Virus record (IMG/VR): IMGVR_UViG_3300048853_000044
Location: 1-47,751 of that record
Length of the DNA stretch: 47,751 nucleotides
DNA from: a virus
Taxonomy: Duplodnaviria; Caudoviricetes
Reading direction: 5' to 3' (one strand)
Below are positions 7,020-15,793 of this stretch, piece after piece. The translations under genes were made by a program, and so were the position numbers. A model generated the notes under the pieces. It did not search any database, was not told the origin of the DNA, and saw only the letters and a list, made by a program, of their open reading frames with translations. Every line of letters starts with the position of its first letter. Within the stretch, counting starts at the first letter, position 1.

Positions 7020-8075
7020 ATGGCTCGCATCCGCAGCGTGCACCCTGGCCTGTTCACCGATGAGGCCTTCATGGAGCTGAGCCCCCACGCCCAGCTCTTT
7101 TCGATTGGCTTGTGGACGGAGGCCGACGATCAGGGCGTGTTCGCCTGGAAGCCAAGAACGCTGAAAGCGCGCATCCTCCCCGCAACGATGGTCGATGCTT
7201 CCGACCTCTTGGCCGAGCTTGTTGCCGCGGGCGCCATCCAGCAGTTTGAGGCAGACGGCACCCTGTATGGAGCCGTTCGGAACTTCCGCCGCTTCCAGCG
7301 CCCCGAGAAGCCGAAGGCTTACCACCCGCTCCCCGACGAGCTGCGCGACTACGTCGGCCTCTCGTCGAACAATCATAGCGGTTCGGAGAAGCCATGCCCC
7401 CCTCTCGGCGGATCGTCGGGGAATGGTAGCCGACAGGTTGCCGACAAGGAGGATAGTTCTCCCCGACCAGTCGCCGACCAATCGCCGACTGCTACCTGTT
7501 TTGCGGGGCAGATGGAGGATGGAGGAGGAAGGAGGGAAGAAAAGAAAGAAAGAATGCCCGATTCCGTTCCGGAAGTCGGGCGTGAGCGCGACCGTTCTGA
7601 TCCATCCGGCGGGGCGGAGACGCCTGTCGAACCGATCAAGCGAGCCAGGTCGCGGAAGGCTGACCGGGACGAGCCGGCAGGTTTCGCCGAGTTCTACCAG
7701 GCCTACCCCCGGCATGAGGGACGAGCGAAGGCGGCTGAGGTCTTCCCCGCGGCTGTGAAGGTCGCCGGCAGCGTCGAGGCGTTGATGGATTTCCTGCGAG
7801 GCTTCCGGTTCGGCCCGGATCCGCAGTTCCATCCCCATCCGGCGACCTGGCTCAACCAGCGCCGGTGGCGGGATGGACAGGGCATCACCGAGGCGCCGGC
7901 ACCGGACGCGTCGCAGGACCGCTTCGATCGCCGGTACTTCGACCGCGACCCAGCCGAGGTTGCCAAGCTGCCCAAGCCGGAGGAAGTCGGGCCCGAGTAC
8001 AACGCCTGGTGGGACGCGGTCCAAGGGCTCGGCACGGCCTATCCTGGCACCCGTAGCGGGGCGAACGCGATATGA
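7020..8075 (+). CDS. phage replication initiator-like protein
   Basis: MARIRSVHPGLFTDE...GLWTEADDQG N-terminus, low-complexity linker and FAEFYQAYPR...HPATWLNQRRW C-terminal domain; directly upstream of the helicase. Confidence 0.75.
   Translation: MARIRSVHPGLFTDEAFMELSPHAQLFSIGLWTEADDQGVFAWKPRTLKARILPATMVDASDLLAELVAAGAIQQFEADGTLYGAVRNFRRFQRPEKPKAYHPLPDELRDYVGLSSNNHSGSEKPCPPLGGSSGNGSRQVADKEDSSPRPVADQSPTATCFAGQMEDGGGRREEKKERMPDSVPEVGRERDRSDPSGGAETPVEPIKRARSRKADRDEPAGFAEFYQAYPRHEGRAKAAEVFPAAVKVAGSVEALMDFLRGFRFGPDPQFHPHPATWLNQRRWRDGQGITEAPAPDASQDRFDRRYFDRDPAEVAKLPKPEEVGPEYNAWWDAVQGLGTAYPGTRSGANAI
7429..7491 (+). repeat. iteron-like CCGAC repeats inside the initiator linker (candidate origin)
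   Basis: gccgacaggttgccgacaagg ... cccgaccagtcgccgaccaatcgccgactg: five CCGAC units, in two groups with 11-bp spacing, followed by an A/G-rich run. Confidence 0.45.
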
Positions 8076-9877
8076 CGCGGGCCGACAACCTCACCGATTT
8101 GCTCGCCGACGCCGGCATCCCGCGAATGCGGAGCCTGCACCCTGGTCACACCGAGGGCATGGTATGCCCCCGCTGTGGCGGTGGTAGCTCTCGAGCAACC
8201 TCGCTCAGCGTCACGATCGACGACGACGGGGACGGAGCAGTTTGGCGGTGCCATCGCGCGAACTGTGGGTGGCAGAACGGCGCACGGGTCGCAACGGCGC
8301 CTGGGAAGCCGTACAGGCCGCCCGAGCCACTCAAGACCTACCGGGGAGCTCCAGACACGCCGGAAGCCTCTCAGGACCGCTCAGAATGGCTCTATGCGTG
8401 GTTCCAGAAACGGGCCATTAGCGACGAGACTGTGGATGCCTTCGGCTGCTTCGGGACGCTTCGGTGGTTCCCGAACGGCGGCGAACAGCGTGCCGTGGTT
8501 TTCGAATACCGGTACCGCGGCAAAGTCGTGAACCGGAAATACCGGTCCTCAGACAAGCAAATGATCCAGGAGAAGGAGCCGCTCCCGACCCTGTTCAACG
8601 TCGATGCGATCGAACCTAAAGAGGGGGATCCTGATCCGGAACGGGTGATCTGGGTCGAGGGTGAGCCTGACGTCATGGCGCTGCATGAGGCAGGCTATCC
8701 AGAGGCGGTGACGCTCAAGGACGGCGCGCCCGACAAGCTGCGTGACGAGAATGATCCGCGCAGGGCGGTCGACAAGCGGTTCGCCGCGCTCGAGACCCAT
8801 TCCGACCTACTGGTCCGGGTGAAGCGCTTCGTGCTGGCCGGCGACATGGACGGGCCGGGTAAGGTCCTGCGGGAGGAGCTCGCCCGACGTCTTGGCCGCC
8901 ATCGTTGCTGGCTGGTGACTTGGCCGGAGGGCTGCAAGGACGCCGGCGATACCCTTCGGCTACACGGCCCGAATGCGGTGCAGGATGCTATTGAGGCGGC
9001 TACCGCCTACCCGATCGAGGGCATGCAGAAGCTCTCCAAGGGAGCCCTCCTGGCCCTGCGTCACATGCCGCCGCCTCCTGTTTTAACGACCGGGACGGGC
9101 GCCAGTGACCGCATCCTGAAGCTGCCCGCAGAAGGCCGCATCATCCTGGTCACCGGCGTTCCAAACCACGGCAAGTCGAGCTGGGTCATGTTCGCCAAGG
9201 TGCATCTGATGGCTAGGCACGACCGGCGGTTCCTTGCCTTCAGCCCCGAGATGCAGCCTTGGGAGGGATACATCGCCCAGTGCGCTTCGATCCTGAAAGG
9301 CCGGCCTTTCTGGCCGCTCAAGGACGGAGAAGGCCGACCGGTGCCTGGCAGCGGGCTGTCCGATGATGAGATTGTCGACGCTGAGGAATGGCTGCGTGAT
9401 CGACTGGTAATGCTGGTCAGCGATGCCGAACAGCAGCCGCCAACCCTCGACTGGATCCTTGAGCGGGCCCAGGTCGGCGTCCTTCGGGATGGAACGACAG
9501 ATCTCGTGATCGATCCGTGGAACCAGGTCTATCACATGCCCGGAAACAACACTGAGACGATCTATATTGGGCAGTGCTTGCAGCGGCTCAGGTCGTTCTC
9601 CCAGCGCCACGGCTGCAACGTCTGGATCGTCGCCCACCCCACGAAGCTCAAGCCGGAGAAGGAAGGCGGGAAGGTCGGATGCCCGACCATGTACGACATT
9701 TCCGGTGGCGCCAATTGGGCTAACGCCGCTGACCTCGGGCTCGCCATCCATAGCCCGGATGGTGTGACCGAACTCCACGTCCTGAAGTCGCGCTTGCAGC
9801 GATGGGGGAGCCGCGGGACTAAGGCGCTGCTGAACTTCGACAAGATCAACGGTCGCTATTCGACACCAGCCGGCTGA
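8072..9877 (+). CDS. bifunctional DNA primase-helicase (Zn ribbon, TOPRIM, SF4; Twinkle/T7 gp4-like)
   Basis: CPRC...CHRANC; VEGEPD, GDMDGPG and KDAGD TOPRIM motifs; Walker A GVPNHGKS, LVIDPWN, IVAHPTK and YDISGG helicase motifs. Confidence 0.92.
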   Translation: MTRADNLTDLLADAGIPRMRSLHPGHTEGMVCPRCGGGSSRATSLSVTIDDDGDGAVWRCHRANCGWQNGARVATAPGKPYRPPEPLKTYRGAPDTPEASQDRSEWLYAWFQKRAISDETVDAFGCFGTLRWFPNGGEQRAVVFEYRYRGKVVNRKYRSSDKQMIQEKEPLPTLFNVDAIEPKEGDPDPERVIWVEGEPDVMALHEAGYPEAVTLKDGAPDKLRDENDPRRAVDKRFAALETHSDLLVRVKRFVLAGDMDGPGKVLREELARRLGRHRCWLVTWPEGCKDAGDTLRLHGPNAVQDAIEAATAYPIEGMQKLSKGALLALRHMPPPPVLTTGTGASDRILKLPAEGRIILVTGVPNHGKSSWVMFAKVHLMARHDRRFLAFSPEMQPWEGYIAQCASILKGRPFWPLKDGEGRPVPGSGLSDDEIVDAEEWLRDRLVMLVSDAEQQPPTLDWILERAQVGVLRDGTTDLVIDPWNQVYHMPGNNTETIYIGQCLQRLRSFSQRHGCNVWIVAHPTKLKPEKEGGKVGCPTMYDISGGANWANAADLGLAIHSPDGVTELHVLKSRLQRWGSRGTKALLNFDKINGRYSTPAG

Positions 9878-9891
9878 ACAGGGGAACAGAG

Positions 9892-10254
9892 ATGGGCGAG
9901 AGAATACCGGCCGCGAAGGCCCTGATCGGCTTCAACCTCAATGCACAGCATCGAGCGAAGGAATGCTTTGTCATCGTCGACGAGCGCGGAGAGGAGTGGG
10001 TTCGCACTGGCGGCCCAGCCTGCTGGCGTAACGCCCAGATGACCAACGGGGCCTGCTTTAGCGACTGGCTGAAGGGCGGACACGACATGACGCCAGAGTG
10101 GGTCTTCAGCGAGCTGATGGCCTTCTATGGGTTCGCCAACAGCCTGGTCGCTGAGGAGGCGCTGAGGCAGTTCGGCAAGATTGAGGAGTGCGCCTGGACT
10201 CGGGCGATGATCCCACCTCAAACCAGCAAGCGTGTGCAATGGGAGATGGCGTGA
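9892..10254 (+). CDS. hypothetical phage protein
   Basis: In operon; its stop overlaps the next start. Confidence 0.6.
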   Translation: MGERIPAAKALIGFNLNAQHRAKECFVIVDERGEEWVRTGGPACWRNAQMTNGACFSDWLKGGHDMTPEWVFSELMAFYGFANSLVAEEALRQFGKIEECAWTRAMIPPQTSKRVQWEMA

Positions 10255-10691
10255 TGAACCTCGGTAGCATGACGCTGGCTGACCTGCAGGCGAATCCGCT
10301 GGCGGCAATCCGACTGTGCATGGAAAAGGAGCCGCTTCTCTACTGGGGCGGTGTGGCTGACGCCTTCTACTTGAAGCAGTATGGCCGCGATGCGCTGGTG
10401 ATCAATCGGCAGGAGCTAGAGGGCCCGAAGGGTGTGGCCCAGGTTCTGCGAGCCGCTGAATTCCTCGCTGTGGCTCCGAGACGGGTCACCCTCAACACCC
10501 AGCGTTCGGCCTACGGCTGGAAGCACGTTGCCGAGAAGTGGCACAAAATCGCGTCGCCAGGAGAGGACTACTACATCGGCGAGGGGTCCTTCGTCCTGGC
10601 ATGCTGGGCTATGGGAGTTCTGGTGAAGCGGCACCACACACGAGGCTATCAGGTCGGCCTGGCCGAAGCCGCCCGGAAGCTGGTGGCATGA
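10254..10691 (+). CDS. conserved hypothetical phage protein
   Basis: SAYGWKHVAEKW...YIGEGSF motif of a type recurrent in phage proteins; TGATG and ATGA coupling. Confidence 0.65.
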   Translation: MNLGSMTLADLQANPLAAIRLCMEKEPLLYWGGVADAFYLKQYGRDALVINRQELEGPKGVAQVLRAAEFLAVAPRRVTLNTQRSAYGWKHVAEKWHKIASPGEDYYIGEGSFVLACWAMGVLVKRHHTRGYQVGLAEAARKLVA

Positions 10692-11242
10692 ACAACGGCC
10701 GAGAGAAGCTCCGGCCGGCTCCGCTGCCCTCCAGCCCGCTAACGATCGTCTCAGGGGTGGTCGATCTCCGCCGGGGGCCCCGCCCTCACGTCATGACCGA
10801 CAGCGAGCGAGACCAGCTTTTGGCGACTGCTCTGTCGTCCGACGTGGCCAGCGTCATCACACGGGGGACGGGGGATCCCGGCGACCGCCACCACCGCAGG
10901 CCAGGTGAGGGGCAAGCTGCAGGCTGGGACACCCTGCAGCAGTTGGCGGCCTATGAGCTGGCTCGGCTATGGCGGGCGGCCAGGCCGATCATCGGCGGGC
11001 CCAAGGGCTACACCGGCGCTTCCATCCGCCGGGGCTGTGTCGATGTCGACGAGGGGCAGGATGCTCAAGAGGCCTGGCGGGGATACTGCAATGCTATGGA
11101 GGAGGTGAAGCGTCGTTGCTCCGCCCGCCATGAGCAGGCCCTGCGCCTAGTGGTGGTCTACGAGGAGCCCAGCCGGCTTGCGACCGCTTGGTTGGTCCGA
11201 GAGGCGCTGTCCCATCTGGCCGACTGGTGGAAGCTAAAATAG
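10688..11242 (+). CDS. putative late-gene regulator (Q-position, DUF6456-like)
   Basis: Last early gene before a promoter/terminator; QQLAAYELARLWRAA...LRLVVVYEE...VREALSHLADWW pattern. Confidence 0.55.
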   Translation: MNNGREKLRPAPLPSSPLTIVSGVVDLRRGPRPHVMTDSERDQLLATALSSDVASVITRGTGDPGDRHHRRPGEGQAAGWDTLQQLAAYELARLWRAARPIIGGPKGYTGASIRRGCVDVDEGQDAQEAWRGYCNAMEEVKRRCSARHEQALRLVVVYEEPSRLATAWLVREALSHLADWWKLK

Positions 11243-11314
11243 TTCTTGAACCCGAGTCGCAGTGTTGTTATCTGTTGGGCGTGGCTGTGCCCTAACTGCG
11301 TCCAGCCTTCTGAA

Positions 11315-11350
11315 GCGCCTCGGTCTTTCGGCCGGGGCGTTTGTTGTTTG
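11315..11350 (+). terminator. intrinsic terminator (tR'-like)
   Basis: GCGCCTCGGTC-TTTC-GGCCGGGGCGT stem followed by TTGTTGTTTG. Confidence 0.7.
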
Positions 11351-11434
11351 TAGAATAGCTCAAGGAGTAGCGCTCCTGTTTCCGGGTAGCGGTTGCCCTT
11401 TGCAGAAGGCGAAGCTCCAAAAGCCTGCCCCTGC

Positions 11435-11674
11435 CTAATGTTCCGGGTAATTCTTGATTGCTGCTTCCGGTTTTACCAACCGAGGCCTTCCGGCATCCCT
11501 GACCGCCGGCATCAGCAGAGAACGTTCAGGCTCAGGCAAATGCTGAATGGTGCGACGCAGTAAGCCTTGAACCTCACTCGCCTGCAGACTGCCCTGCGCC
11601 ACCAGCGCTTCGATGGCCTCCAAAAGGACGCTCACCGTGTCTCGGGCCATCTGTTTTGTAGCATGCTTGGCCAT
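11435..11674 (-). CDS. small helical moron protein (paralog of 11769-12029)
   Basis: LLEAIEALVAQG...LLRRTIQHLPEP motif shared with its neighbour. Confidence 0.6.
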   Translation of the reverse strand: MAKHATKQMARDTVSVLLEAIEALVAQGSLQASEVQGLLRRTIQHLPEPERSLLMPAVRDAGRPRLVKPEAAIKNYPEH

Positions 11675-11768
11675 CTCTGCCCCCGACTGCAGAAATGCAG
11701 AATAGGGCGGCGCTTAAGCCTAGGGTGGTAAAAATTACGTAGAGGTATCGAAGCTTGGGCGTGCGGTT

Positions 11769-12029
11769 TCACCCAGTGCAGGCGGCTTCGGGCTCTGCGT
11801 CTGTGGCAGTGCGAAGCGACTTTAGACGCGACATCCATAATGCCTTAGCCGCAACCTGAAGCTGCGGAACGTCGGGGGTATGCAGGCCCTTGATCGTTCG
11901 GTCTAAGATCGCGGACGCTGCTGCCTTCGCGACCATACCTTGAGACACCAAGCCCTCAACCGCATCCACGAGATCAGCGGCAAGGTTGTTTCGCAGCTTT
12001 TCGACGCAGCCAGGGGTTGCAGAATCCAT
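11769..12029 (-). CDS. small helical moron protein (paralog of 11435-11674)
   Basis: LVDAVEGLVSQG...ILDRTIKGLHTP. Confidence 0.6.
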   Translation of the reverse strand: MDSATPGCVEKLRNNLAADLVDAVEGLVSQGMVAKAAASAILDRTIKGLHTPDVPQLQVAAKALWMSRLKSLRTATDAEPEAACTG

Positions 12030-12176
12030 TTATCACTCGCCTGTGATAGTCGAGCTCTCGCTTAAACGGATCTCGATACGCCAGCAAAACACAATCTCGT
12101 GGGGTGAGGCATTGGCTCTGTTGGTGAGACCGGCGTCGCTGCTTCCCGGCAGGGCGTTTTGCGTGGGAGCCCCTGT

Positions 12177-12965
12177 ATGCTGCGCTCCTCCTTCTCTATC
12201 GACGTCCGCCCTGTCCAGGAAGCGGTGCGCTCAACCAGAGCGCGGGCTCAGTCCGCCGCCCTGAGGGCAGCCACCAAGACCGCCTTCGATGTCCGAGACG
12301 CTCTCCGAAAGGAGATGGAGGCGAAGTTCTTCAAGCCGACCCGGTTCGTGCTGAACGCCATCCGGGTTGTGCAGTACGCCAAGAAGGACCAGCCCGAGGC
12401 TGTGGTCGATGTGGCCCGGACCTTCGGCGTCCGAGGCGAGCAGGTCGCTGACTTCTATCGGACCCAGGTTTTCGGCGGCACCCGCAAGCACAAGCAGTCC
12501 GAGGTGCGGATCGGCAGGCTCTCGCCTGGTGACCGGCCCATCTACATGATGCCGGCCCGCTTCGCTCAGTACGACAGCAACGGCAACCCAAGCCGCGGCG
12601 AGCTGACCATCATCCTGTCCCAGCTGGGTGTCCTCAATCGAGGGGACAACCGAGTGGCTCGAAAGGCTAGGCGCAGCCGCAAGGCCAGGGCCGAGTACTT
12701 TGTCATCTGGGGCCAGGGGGAAGGCTTCAACTCGTCTGGCCAGAGCCTCAACCCCGGGATCTACCGGCGCAACACGGCGGGCCGGCCGCTGCCGGTCTAC
12801 TTCTTCATGAAGGGCCAGCCGCAGTATCGGAAGCGCCTCGACTGGTTCGAGGTGGCTGAGCGAGCGGTCAGGACGAACGCGGCTCGGCACTTCCGCGACG
12901 CGATGGCGCGGGGCAACCAGCCGGCGAACGATCTGCCGGCCGAGGGGCAGAGCCAAGTGGCCTGA
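12177..12965 (+). CDS. neck/tail-completion-like protein (gpZ-like), encoded upstream of the terminase
   Basis: Basic protein with AATKTAFDV...FFKPTRFVLNA and PQYRKRLDWF motifs; GGGAG RBS. Confidence 0.6.
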   Translation: MLRSSFSIDVRPVQEAVRSTRARAQSAALRAATKTAFDVRDALRKEMEAKFFKPTRFVLNAIRVVQYAKKDQPEAVVDVARTFGVRGEQVADFYRTQVFGGTRKHKQSEVRIGRLSPGDRPIYMMPARFAQYDSNGNPSRGELTIILSQLGVLNRGDNRVARKARRSRKARAEYFVIWGQGEGFNSSGQSLNPGIYRRNTAGRPLPVYFFMKGQPQYRKRLDWFEVAERAVRTNAARHFRDAMARGNQPANDLPAEGQSQVA

Positions 12966-12988
12966 GAAGGCTGAGAGGCCACCCCATT

Positions 12989-13032
12989 GGGTCCTTCCCG
13001 GAAGAAAACCGTTCGCAGGGGTTCGTATCCCG
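12989..13032 (+). other. predicted cos region: cosQ-like GGGTCCT (12989-12995) and cosN-like GGGTTCGTATCC (13019-13030)
   Basis: Exact lambda cosQ heptamer at lambda-like distance from a GGG-initiated 12-mer followed by CG, just upstream of the Nu1-like terS. Confidence 0.6.
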
Positions 13033-13076
13033 ATCATTCCGAAGCCAGGGGGTCGTTAAGGGGGGTTATACCGATA

Positions 13077-13583
13077 ATGGCCACCCAGGCTGAGGTCGCC
13101 GAACACCTCGATCTCACCCAGCCGGCGGTCGCGAAGTTGCTCGCCGCAGGGCACCTGCCGGCCGCTGAGGGCCGCGGAAACCTCGACTTGGAGGCTTGCC
13201 GGGTCGCCTACATCCGCCGGCTGCGCGAGCAGGCCGCCGGTCGAGCATCGGAAGGCGCCGATGCGGAAGGCCTCGACCTAGTCGCCGAGCGGGCTCGCCT
13301 CGCCAAGGAGCAGGCCGACGCCCAGTCGATGAAGAATGCCAGGGAACGCGGCGAGCTCGTCCTGGCACAGCCCTACACCGACGCGATCATCGGCCTGATC
13401 GAGGGCTGCAAGGCTCGCTTGGCGCGGATGGGCGCCTCGGTCGCCAAAGGGGACGCCGGCTTGCGGGTCAGGATCGACGCCGCGGTGGAAGACGCCCTCG
13501 AGGAACTGACCATCACGCGCGTGCAGGAATCCGCCGGCGGGGAAGACGATGAGGAAGCCGAAGAAGGCGCCGCGGACGGCTGA
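13077..13583 (+). CDS. terS: terminase small subunit (Nu1-like)
   Basis: N-terminal wHTH ATQAEVAEHLDLTQ and ERARLAKEQAD...KNARERGELV motif. Confidence 0.9.
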   Translation: MATQAEVAEHLDLTQPAVAKLLAAGHLPAAEGRGNLDLEACRVAYIRRLREQAAGRASEGADAEGLDLVAERARLAKEQADAQSMKNARERGELVLAQPYTDAIIGLIEGCKARLARMGASVAKGDAGLRVRIDAAVEDALEELTITRVQESAGGEDDEEAEEGAADG

Positions 13584-15528
13584 GACCTTCACGGTCGTTG
13601 GTTCAAAGGTGGCCGAGGAAGCGGCCAAGTGGTTCCGAGCCTGGAAGCCCAAGCGCTCCATCAGCCTGTCGCAGTGGTCGGCGCAGCATGCTCGCCTGGC
13701 CGATGGACGCCGCTACAAGGCCTTCCCGTTCCAGATCGGGATCGCCGACGCCTTCACGGATCCGAAGGTCACGCAGATCACGGTGAAGAAGGGCAGCCGC
13801 CTGGGCTACTCGCAGATCGTGCAGAATTTCGTGGCCTACTGCATCCACCAGCGGCCGACCCGGCTGCTGATCTACCAGCCGACGATCGACGACGCCGAGA
13901 AGTACAGCAAGGACGACCTCGAGCCGGTGCTGCAGTGGCCTGCGGTCCGGAGCGTGGTCGAGTTCAAGCCGAGGCACCCGAACAACCAGGTGCGCGCCAA
14001 GCGCTTCCCGGGTGGGTTCATCCAGATCAAGGGCGCCAACAGCCCAAAGGAGTTCCGGCGCGTCACCGCCGACAAGGTCCTGCTGGAGGAGCCTGACGGT
14101 TACCCCCTGTCGGCTGGCCGAGAGGGCGACCAGGCGGCGCTGGCGTTCAAGCGGTGCCTTACCTCGGACGAGCCGCTGAAGGCTGCTGGCAGCACGCCGA
14201 CGATCGCCGGGGCCAGTCGCATCGACTCCCTGTTCAAGCAGGGGACGCAGGAATACCGGCATGTGCCGTGTCCCCACTGCGGGCACCGGCAGAAGCTGAT
14301 CTTCGGCGACGGCACCGGCGCCGGCATCCGCTGGGAGCCGCGGCAGAAGCCGACCCGGGCTTGGTATCGCTGTGAGCAGGGCTGCGACATCGAGGAGTCG
14401 CACAAGGCCTGGATGGACGAGCAGGGCGAGTGGGTCGCCGATGCTCCGGAGAACGGCCCGAGCCATCGGTCTTTCCACATCTGGGCTGGCTACAGCCAGT
14501 TCGCCGGCGCTGCCTGGCTGGAACTGGCCAAGGAGTTCCTGGCGGTCCGCAAGGACCCGAACACGCTGATGACCTTCGTGAACCAGACGCTGGGGGAGAC
14601 CTGGCAGGTTCGCGGCGAGGCCCCGGAGTGGCGTCGGCTCTATGACCGGCGAGAGGACTACGATCTCGGCATTGTCCCCGGCGATGCGCTGGTCCTGACC
14701 GCCGGGCTGGACGTGCAGAAGGACCGCATCGAGATCTATGTCTGGGGCTGGGGCGCTGATCGGCAGTCCTGGCTAGTCGACTTCATCAAGATCGACGGCA
14801 ACCCGTTCAACCGCGTGGTCTGGGACCAGGCGAGCGAGGCCATCCAGCAGACCTGGCGCCACGAGAGCGGCGCTGAGATGCGGCTGACCAAGGTCGGTGC
14901 GGACACCGGCTTCGCCACGACGCAGGTCGAAGCCTGGGCGCGGAAGCATCGCGGCCTGGTGATCCCGGTCAAGGGCGCCAACACCATGGCGGCGCCGGTG
15001 TTCGCCTGGTCGGGCGTGCGTGACACGACGGCCAACGGCAAGCGCAAGAAGGGCGGCCTGCAGCTCGGCATGGTCGGTGGTCATCTGATCACGCTGGAGC
15101 TCTACGGCTTCCTGGCCCTCGACCCGCCCACTGGCGAGGAGAAGGCCGACGGCATCGCCTACCCGCCTGGGTATGTGCACCTGCCCGCGGCGCTGGCCAG
15201 CGAAGAGACCTGCAAGCAGATGGTCGGCGACCAATGGCTCGAGGACAAAGCCGAATGGAAGCCAGTCCATGCCCGTGAGGCATTGGATTGCTGGAAGTAC
15301 GCCCGGGCGGTCTGCTCAGCCATGGGCATGGACCGGTGGGCGCCTGCCAAGTGGAAGGCGCTGCGGGCGGAGTTCTTCGTGGAAGCCGAGCCGGTCGCTG
15401 CGGCGGCTCCTGCACCGGTCGCCATGACGGCGGCTCCAGAGGCGATGGTGCCTGCGATAGCGGCTGCAAGCCGGCAGCAGGGTGGCGGATGGTTCAACGG
15501 GCCGCGGCGCGGCTACTTCGGGCGATAG
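13549..15528 (+). CDS. terL: terminase large subunit (lambda GpA family)
   Basis: KKGSRLGYS (cf. lambda KSARVGYS), GSTPT, CPHCG, FVNQTLGETW, LTAGLDVQKDR, EALDC. Confidence 0.95.
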   Translation: MRKPKKAPRTAETFTVVGSKVAEEAAKWFRAWKPKRSISLSQWSAQHARLADGRRYKAFPFQIGIADAFTDPKVTQITVKKGSRLGYSQIVQNFVAYCIHQRPTRLLIYQPTIDDAEKYSKDDLEPVLQWPAVRSVVEFKPRHPNNQVRAKRFPGGFIQIKGANSPKEFRRVTADKVLLEEPDGYPLSAGREGDQAALAFKRCLTSDEPLKAAGSTPTIAGASRIDSLFKQGTQEYRHVPCPHCGHRQKLIFGDGTGAGIRWEPRQKPTRAWYRCEQGCDIEESHKAWMDEQGEWVADAPENGPSHRSFHIWAGYSQFAGAAWLELAKEFLAVRKDPNTLMTFVNQTLGETWQVRGEAPEWRRLYDRREDYDLGIVPGDALVLTAGLDVQKDRIEIYVWGWGADRQSWLVDFIKIDGNPFNRVVWDQASEAIQQTWRHESGAEMRLTKVGADTGFATTQVEAWARKHRGLVIPVKGANTMAAPVFAWSGVRDTTANGKRKKGGLQLGMVGGHLITLELYGFLALDPPTGEEKADGIAYPPGYVHLPAALASEETCKQMVGDQWLEDKAEWKPVHAREALDCWKYARAVCSAMGMDRWAPAKWKALRAEFFVEAEPVAAAAPAPVAMTAAPEAMVPAIAAASRQQGGGWFNGPRRGYFGR

Positions 15529-15540
15529 GAGAGCACTGCG

Positions 15541-15792
15541 ATGAGTGAAGTGCATCTTCCCGGGACGCTGACCGCGACTCAGCTGCAGTCCGCCATCAAT
15601 ACGTTGGTGCTCGGCCTGGCCGAGGGCATCCAGCAGATCAGGTTCCCGGACGGGTCCGGCTTCACCCGGATCGATGCGACCCAGGCCCCTGGTCTGCTGC
15701 GGATGCTGCGGGCGGAACTGGCTTTGCTTGGCGGCGTGCCCGCGGCCCGGACGCCGGTGACCTTCCAGCGCGTGACGATGCGCCGGATCTGA
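15541..15792 (+). CDS. head-tail joining protein (gpW-like)
   Basis: Size and position between GpA terminase and portal; AGGAG RBS. Confidence 0.7.
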   Translation: MSEVHLPGTLTATQLQSAINTLVLGLAEGIQQIRFPDGSGFTRIDATQAPGLLRMLRAELALLGGVPAARTPVTFQRVTMRRI

Positions 15793-15793
15793 C

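Noticed and set aside
11350-11420. tRNA-like start (TAGCTCAAGGAGTAGCGC) after the late terminator
   Set aside because: No T-loop (GTTCRA), anticodon arm or acceptor pairing could be built; at most a remnant.
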